Origin: Polyangiales bacterium
Lineage (GTDB): Bacteria > Myxococcota_A > Polyangia > Polyangiales > Polyangiaceae
Reading direction: 5' to 3'
Length of the DNA stretch: 30,648 nucleotides
Assembly (NCBI GenBank): GCA_038230375.1
Contig: JBBRNJ010000099.1
Span: forward strand, 1 to 30,648
This document shows positions 25,031 through 30,648 of the stretch, piece after piece. The notes below the pieces were generated by a model, which had not been told where the DNA came from, ran no database searches, and worked only from the letters and a program-made list of their open reading frames with translations. Each line of letters opens with the position of its first letter. Within the stretch, counting starts at the first letter, position 1. The translations under genes were made by a program, and so were the position numbers.

Positions 25031-26209
25031 TCATTGTCGATCGGCATGCCTTCGACGAGCGGCACGGGATGCTGGAACCGCTGGCGGTGATCGTCGTCTG
25101 GTCGGCGGCGTTTCCCATTGGTAGAGATACTGGTCCCAGTCCTGGAACCAACCGGTTCCGAACTTGCGGTTGCCATCGGAGTCCCAGAGCACGACGTGGC
25201 CCCCCCAGTAGGAGGACTCGTCGAGCTGGAACACGGCCCACCAGCCGGTACCTGCCACCAGCGTGCGGCTCGTCTTCGTCGCTTTCGACTGGAACCAGGC
25301 CCACATGTCGCGCGCACGCACGGGACGCTTCGCCGGGCTTCCGCAGCGAGCGTGAATGAGCGGGTTGTCGGGAGTGAGTTCGTCGTATCCGGCGCGGATG
25401 AATGCGTCCGATAAGAAGTGGGCGCAGTTGTTTGGGAACGAATCGCCGCCATCACATGAGTTCGTCCACTTGTTGGCCACGGGCGCCAGTGCGAGCGAGC
25501 CAGGTCGGCCGGAGACTGCTTCGGTCGGGGCGACTGCTTTGGCAAGCATCGCGGAGAGCGGCGGCGCGACGTGCTCCATGTCGAAGCGAGGAACGTCACC
25601 GTCCGCGATGCTTGGCGCGTCGAACGTGAGCACTCTGGAGTGAGAGTCCTGAGACCGCTTGAGACGCGCCACGATGGCGGCGTAGCGCGCTCCTTTGCAC
25701 GAGAGACGTAGTTGACGCGAGAGGTCTCCAACAGTAATTCGTCCATCGCCATCGCGATCGAGGCCCACGTTCACTTTGTATGCCCATGAGCGTACGCCGT
25801 CGCGCTCGCAGAGGACGAAGCCGCTTCCCGTCGCCGCGGTGGCTGCATCGGACACCAGCGACGGCAGGAACGTGGCCACGTAGCACAGGGCGTCGCTCGT
25901 ACAGAAGCGTGCGTACGGCCGATAATAGCGCTCAACGTAGACCGTTTGCTTCTCCGCAGAGAGCAGCCTGAAGGCATCCCAACCACGCGTCCATCCAAGG
26001 TCCGTGAGCGTGTCGGGCATGAACTGGATGAGACCGACTGCATTGCCATTCGCGTTGTGCGCCTTCGGTTGCACGCCACCCGACTCACTGAAACTCACCC
26101 GAATCAAGTCAACGGCGTCGAGGCCGAGGCGCGAGCACATCGCAGCCCACGCGTGGAAGAATGAATCCGAGAGGTCTGCGGGGTCGTTCGTCTGAGGCAA
26201 TGAGGACAT
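25031..26209 (-). CDS. Two-domain peptidoglycan hydrolase: lysozyme/lytic transglycosylase-like plus Tae4-like Cys-His amidase
   Basis: SESGG...AVGLIQFMP...YVERYY (SLT-like), LDRDGDGRITVGDL (EF-hand-like), then NNCAHFLSDAF...VRARDM...WGGHVVLWD. Confidence 0.78.
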   Translation of the reverse strand: MSSLPQTNDPADLSDSFFHAWAAMCSRLGLDAVDLIRVSFSESGGVQPKAHNANGNAVGLIQFMPDTLTDLGWTRGWDAFRLLSAEKQTVYVERYYRPYARFCTSDALCYVATFLPSLVSDAATAATGSGFVLCERDGVRSWAYKVNVGLDRDGDGRITVGDLSRQLRLSCKGARYAAIVARLKRSQDSHSRVLTFDAPSIADGDVPRFDMEHVAPPLSAMLAKAVAPTEAVSGRPGSLALAPVANKWTNSCDGGDSFPNNCAHFLSDAFIRAGYDELTPDNPLIHARCGSPAKRPVRARDMWAWFQSKATKTSRTLVAGTGWWAVFQLDESSYWGGHVVLWDSDGNRKFGTGWFQDWDQYLYQWETPPTRRRSPPAVPASRAARRRHADRQ

Positions 26210-26335
26210 CGTGGGTGTTCTCCGAAAGGCCCGGTGGGGCTCGTCGCGGCGCTATCACTCGTCGGTAGCACCCCGTGCCGCCGTTCCGGCGGGACGTGTG
26301 GCGTCAGTCGCAAAAAGGCGTGTCCACCCGGCACC

Positions 26336-26533
26336 TCACGTGGACGGCGGGTGGAATAGGATGCTGTGCTGACATCGCCCCTGAGGTGGCCGGGGGGCGA
26401 TGCAGATAGCCTCGTCATTCGGATCGGGTTGAAATCCGGTACAAGTGCACTGAGTGCACCGATTCCCGTCCGCAACCGCCTGCTTGATCTCGGACGCTAT
26501 GGCGCTGTGCTTCCCGCCGTCTTTGTCGTTCAT
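26336..26533 (-). CDS. Small Cys/His-rich putative zinc-binding protein
   Basis: 65 aa; CTQCTCTGF...C...CQH...H; GGAG RBS upstream of the ATG. Confidence 0.65.
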   Translation of the reverse strand: MNDKDGGKHSAIASEIKQAVADGNRCTQCTCTGFQPDPNDEAICIAPRPPQGRCQHSILFHPPST

Positions 26534-26630
26534 TTGAATGCTCCGTCGTGTTGTGTGGTGAGTGGTACTTCACTACCGGTGGTCAGGCCCGCAACGCCTT
26601 CGCTTCCATGATGCGCGCAGAGCCCCGATC

Positions 26631-26670
26631 ATCAGAGCTCGAGGAAGTCGATCAGAGCTCGAGGAAGTCG
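26631..26670. repeat. Perfect 20-bp tandem duplication covering a stop codon
   Basis: ATCAGAGCTCGAGGAAGTCG occurs twice in tandem; it encodes DFLEL-stop on the minus strand. Confidence 0.95.
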
Positions 26671-29600
26671 GTGAAGACCAGGCGCCGCCCGTCGCCGCCC
26701 AGTGGTGATGGTGTCGAACTCGCGTCGGTGAATACCTCAAATTCTTTGATGACGAGGCGCACGGACGTGCCTGAGCTGGGCGGAGTAAAAGTCGTCTCGA
26801 AACCGTCGCCCGTCCGATCGAACACCACCTCCGGCCCGTGCGGAATCCAGACGCCGAGATCGAGGCGCTCGACTGTCGCGACGACTTGAACGTTCTGTGG
26901 GTAACTCGCGCCGGCTTGGGGGAATGGGCCGGCGAGCGCGGCAGACGCGCGACCGTCGGGCAGACGGCGTGTTGTGGCGCGCCGATATGGTAGGAGCTGG
27001 GTGCCTTCTGCGCGCACGATCTCCGAGAGGTGACAGCCGTCGACCGCATGCTTCTGGAAACGCGCGAGTGCGAGCGAGACAAAGCGAAAGTAGGAATCCT
27101 TCGCGTCGAATTCCAGATCGACTACCCACTGCTGCGTTGCCTCGTCGTAGATCGGGTTGAACAACGCGAGGGCCACCGGCTCCTTGCTCGTTCCCGCCTC
27201 GAAGCGCGTAACCTTCTGCGCGTCGGTGAGGCTGCCGAGATGCTCGAGCCGCAAGTCGCCGACGCTCTCCGGCGTCATCCAGAGTGGGTCGACACCCCAG
27301 CGACTCACGCTGACACTCGGCTCACCCGTTGAAAGCACGACCGCCAGCTGCTCGTCGTTGCCCGACACGTACCAGGGCCGGCCGAGGTACAAGCGGAGCG
27401 CGTTGCCCATTCGCTCAACGATGTGGTACGAGCCGGACGATCCGCGGCCCCACTGCGTCACTGGCGTCGTCTCGCGGACAAGGGGCGCGGGCGGGCGAAC
27501 TGTCGCGGGAACGATGCGCGACACGGGCGCCGATCGCGAGGGCTTCGTCGCGCCATCACCGTAGTGTTCGGCAAAGCGCGTCGTGGCGACCGCGGTGTAG
27601 CGGACCAGGCGCTGACGCGTGTCGCCGAGGTGCTGAACGAACCCGACCGGCACGGTCGTCACAGCGTCCGGCGCTCTCGGCATGGGTTCGATCACCTGGT
27701 CGCCAGCGTGCTTCGATGTTTTACGGTTGCGGTCGGGCACTGGCTTGCTGAGGTCGTCGACAACGTCGGTCCATTCGCACTCGAGATCGATGCGCGTTGT
27801 ACTCGGCCAATGGAGCTGAATGGGCTCGGCCACCGTGGCGTCGGTCGAATCGGCCGTGCGGGTGAGCAGCTCGCCGTCGCCGTGGGAGAAGCTCGGCGCG
27901 GCAGGCGTCGCGACGGCATGAACGAGTGTGATTGTGCGGCTCGGCGTCACTGCCTCGTTGTTGCCTGCCTCGACGTCGGACGTGAGCACGTCGCCGCGCT
28001 CGCGAAGAGTGCGCTCGCCTTCGAGGAGCAGCGCTTCTCGCGCAGCCTCGAGCGGCGCGAGGATCGTCGAGTCGTCTACCTTACTCGCCACACGCACGGT
28101 GCACGTGTTGCCGCGCGGGAGTTCGACCCGCAGCGTCCGACCGTGGAACTCGCACTTGAAGCGCGTCGCGTCGACGACTTGCATGCAGAACGATCGCGCG
28201 TCAGGCCAGCTATTTCTCTCGATGAATGGTGGCGCATCGGCAATCTCGGCCTCCGTGGCACCGTTATAGCTGACGACTACAGCGGCCCGTTTGGCGAGGG
28301 GATCGGGCAGGAAGGTGATGTGCGCCTCGTCGTTGTCATCATGATCGGGCGGCGTGGCGTCGGATGCGATCAGCCGGGCATACGACTCGAGCACCGGGCT
28401 GTCGAGGCGCGCGAAGTACTCCTCAAACGAGCCGTGCACTTCCGCGAACTGCGGCGTCACCGCCGGCGGCATCACATGGCGAATGGGGTCGCTCGAGGAG
28501 CCGTCGCGCATCACAACTCGGTCGACCGTCTCGCCGCGCCCGAACAGTTTCGGCCGCGTCGACGGGATAACGACGAGAGGGCCAATCGGCTCGTAGCGCA
28601 GGTAGCGCACCGGGCCCGCGACCAGGTCTGAGCCCGCAGACGGCGGGCTTGTCGCATCCGCCTCACTCGGCGGTGGGAGGCCGTTGCCGGCTGGATCTGC
28701 GGCACGCAGACGGAACGTGTACGAGCGACCGAAACGCAGGCGAGGGAGCGCCTCCCACGACTTGCTCGGCTTCGGCGGCGTGGTCGTCATGGACTTCCAC
28801 GGCTTGCACGGGAGCTTCGGTTTTGGAACGTCCGACTCGGTCATAGAGGCGTTCCACGGCAGCTCTGCACCCAGGCTCCATCCCTCCCAGCGGAAGAGCG
28901 CCTCGTGGAGGCGCGGGACGCCCGGCGCGTCGCGCGCGTCGTCGGGTTTCGCCGTGATCGCGAGTGGGATGAGGGATTCTTCGCCGGCAACCGAGTTTAG
29001 CGGCGGCCCCGAGAACATCTCGTACTCCGTGTCGCGCCGACAGAGCGAGCGCCACATCTTGCCATCCCACACGTCGACTCGGAAGCCGCGGAGCAGTTCG
29101 TGCGCTCCGAGTGGCCCGCTCAGCTGTGCGCGGACTGCGAGCCGACCTTCGATGACGTTGGCGCGTCCAGGCTGAACAAGAGAGATTCCGCCAGTGCGCG
29201 CGCTCGGGTTCGCGGCGTCGGGCTGCCGGCCGAGCCGGCCGCCGGTCTTCTGCTTGAATACCGAGCCATCGACATCCATGGCGATCGGCTGGTAGCCGCG
29301 AAGTCGCATGAGGCCATGGTCGACGTCGGCCGAGGGCGATGGCAGGAACGTCCATGTGTGGTTTGGGCCCTCGTCGATCGTGTAGGCCGTGACTTGCGAG
29401 ATATCCCCCCCCGGCGCGTTGAACTGGAGCGTGCCGCTCTTCCCCGCGTTTGCGAAGAAGTCGGCGACGTTCACAAGCTCGAGGTCAATCACGAGGCCGA
29501 GCGCGCGCATCAGTGACGGGTGATGCGAGGCCATGTTCACGAAGGAGTGGAAGTCGAAGGGTTCGGCCTCGGGGGACTTCGGCTTATCGGTTGCCTTGCG

Positions 29601-30053
29601 CGGGGAGTAGAAGACGTCGAATTCCGAGGTCTCGAGCGGTGAGGGGGCCGATCGGATCTTCGCGACAACGCGCCCAAGCTCGAGGCGTATGGCGCGGTGC
29701 ATCGTCAAGACGTCAAACGAGGCGAAGCGCGCCTGCGTGCGCGGGCGGTTGGACTTCGGCGCGACGACTGGAGTGTTGGGCCCGAACACGGTTGCCCACC
29801 GCTTCTTCTTCAGCTCCTCGGTGTTGAGGAGCTTGAATCTAAGCGGCGTGGGCTCGTTCGTTTTGATCGTCCACGAGTCCTTCGCAAGGACAAAGTTCGC
29901 CGGCCAGTCGACAAAATTCGGGAAGGAGGCGAGCGTGTCCGCGCCGGAGAGTCGCGGGCTCGCGAGCAGTGACACCGTCACCGTCGCTTTGCCCTCCTTC
30001 GTCAAGATCGCCTTCGGGAGCACCGTCCAAGTAACCTTCTCGTTCGCCATCAT
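26652..30053 (-). CDS. Large (1133 aa) uncharacterised Pro/beta-rich protein
   Basis: Long ORF with GGAGG RBS and overlap with the upstream stop; motif-like blocks LPRLRFGRSYTFRLRAADPAGN, YLRYEP, YLGRPWYVSG, WGVDPLW, LALARFQ; no signal peptide. Confidence 0.88.
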   Translation of the reverse strand: MMANEKVTWTVLPKAILTKEGKATVTVSLLASPRLSGADTLASFPNFVDWPANFVLAKDSWTIKTNEPTPLRFKLLNTEELKKKRWATVFGPNTPVVAPKSNRPRTQARFASFDVLTMHRAIRLELGRVVAKIRSAPSPLETSEFDVFYSPRKATDKPKSPEAEPFDFHSFVNMASHHPSLMRALGLVIDLELVNVADFFANAGKSGTLQFNAPGGDISQVTAYTIDEGPNHTWTFLPSPSADVDHGLMRLRGYQPIAMDVDGSVFKQKTGGRLGRQPDAANPSARTGGISLVQPGRANVIEGRLAVRAQLSGPLGAHELLRGFRVDVWDGKMWRSLCRRDTEYEMFSGPPLNSVAGEESLIPLAITAKPDDARDAPGVPRLHEALFRWEGWSLGAELPWNASMTESDVPKPKLPCKPWKSMTTTPPKPSKSWEALPRLRFGRSYTFRLRAADPAGNGLPPPSEADATSPPSAGSDLVAGPVRYLRYEPIGPLVVIPSTRPKLFGRGETVDRVVMRDGSSSDPIRHVMPPAVTPQFAEVHGSFEEYFARLDSPVLESYARLIASDATPPDHDDNDEAHITFLPDPLAKRAAVVVSYNGATEAEIADAPPFIERNSWPDARSFCMQVVDATRFKCEFHGRTLRVELPRGNTCTVRVASKVDDSTILAPLEAAREALLLEGERTLRERGDVLTSDVEAGNNEAVTPSRTITLVHAVATPAAPSFSHGDGELLTRTADSTDATVAEPIQLHWPSTTRIDLECEWTDVVDDLSKPVPDRNRKTSKHAGDQVIEPMPRAPDAVTTVPVGFVQHLGDTRQRLVRYTAVATTRFAEHYGDGATKPSRSAPVSRIVPATVRPPAPLVRETTPVTQWGRGSSGSYHIVERMGNALRLYLGRPWYVSGNDEQLAVVLSTGEPSVSVSRWGVDPLWMTPESVGDLRLEHLGSLTDAQKVTRFEAGTSKEPVALALFNPIYDEATQQWVVDLEFDAKDSYFRFVSLALARFQKHAVDGCHLSEIVRAEGTQLLPYRRATTRRLPDGRASAALAGPFPQAGASYPQNVQVVATVERLDLGVWIPHGPEVVFDRTGDGFETTFTPPSSGTSVRLVIKEFEVFTDASSTPSPLGGDGRRLVFTDFLEL

Positions 30054-30508
30054 GCCTCCGTCAGTCCGCCGAACGCGTCCCAGTACTTGCCCCAGAGATC
30101 CTTCGTCGGGATGATGTCACCTATCGTCGGCGGCGATGGGTCCAGTGCGAGGAGGTGGCGCCGTCCAGCGAGGCGCTCGCTTGAGTTGCCACCGAACCGC
30201 CTCTCAACAACGAGGTCGACGCTCACGCTGAAAAAGAAGACGTCGATCTCGACATGAAGGGTCGCACGGCCGAAGAAATAGTCGCGGTCGCCGTCTCGGT
30301 GATAGCCGAGAGTCAGTGCGAATTCGGCTGAGATTGTGATGAGGCCGATCACGCGGAGCGATCCGCCACAGTGCAGGAAGCCGCCCGCCTCCATCGAGTC
30401 TTCGTCCTTCCAGAAGTAGACGCCCCCGAGAATGTGGACTTCGCCGCTCGCCACTCCGATATCGATCGCGGCAGTCCCGCCGAATTCGAGTGCGGCGCTG
30501 AGTCCTAC
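30050..30508 (-). pseudogene. C-terminal fragment of a large beta-strand-rich protein, interrupted by an IS
   Basis: Gly/aromatic beta-strands (ALEFGG...GGVYF...GGSLRVIGLITIS...FFFSVSV), ending WGKYWDAFG; protein-like sequence begins exactly at the IS boundary. Confidence 0.78.
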
Positions 30509-30648
30509 CACTACTGCGGGATGTCGTTCCTGCCGGAACGTCTCGGCGCTGCCCGCGTGAGAGCGTGTTCGCATTCTCTTCTGCATAGCGGGCATCGCGG
30601 GAGCCAGCGAATGAGGGCGTGGGCGATGGCGAGCCTGGCGGTGCTGAA
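30509..30648 (-). mobile_element. 3' end of a probable IS701-family element
   Basis: Terminal repeat CACTACTGCGGGATGTCG (30509-30526). The minus frame reads ARLAIAHALIRWLPRCPLC...DIPQ-stop with the stop inside the repeat, as recalled for IS701-type ends. Flank is CTAC/GTAG. Confidence 0.72.

Overview
High-GC window with a myxobacterial (Polyangiaceae-like) gene repertoire; the taxon is inferred. Both edges carry the same 18-bp IS terminal repeat, probably IS701 family. Left part (353-14551): a Cys/Met-metabolism PLP enzyme; a convergent three-gene cluster encoding an MJ0619/Tes/TrsS-type radical SAM protein, a COG0523/CobW GTPase-methyltransferase fusion and a DUF547-TlpA thioredoxin fusion; a membrane Ser/Thr kinase; and a TolC-MFP-RND efflux operon. 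Middle (14593-24577): an accessory zone of exported proteins and lipoproteins, including a lipoprotein resembling tandem phage tail-tube domains. That gene occupies an exactly 1000-bp insert splitting one copy of an ~89-bp palindrome-containing repeat. The zone also holds paralogous gene remnants, a probable decayed Fic toxin-antitoxin pair and McrBC. At 24801-24844 the 3' half of tRNA-Gly(GCC) marks an att junction. To its right, a probable island encodes a lytic transglycosylase/Tae4-like amidase fusion, a small Cys/His protein, a 1133-aa uncharacterised protein and an IS-disrupted partner gene. All family calls come from motif recognition by eye; no searches were run.
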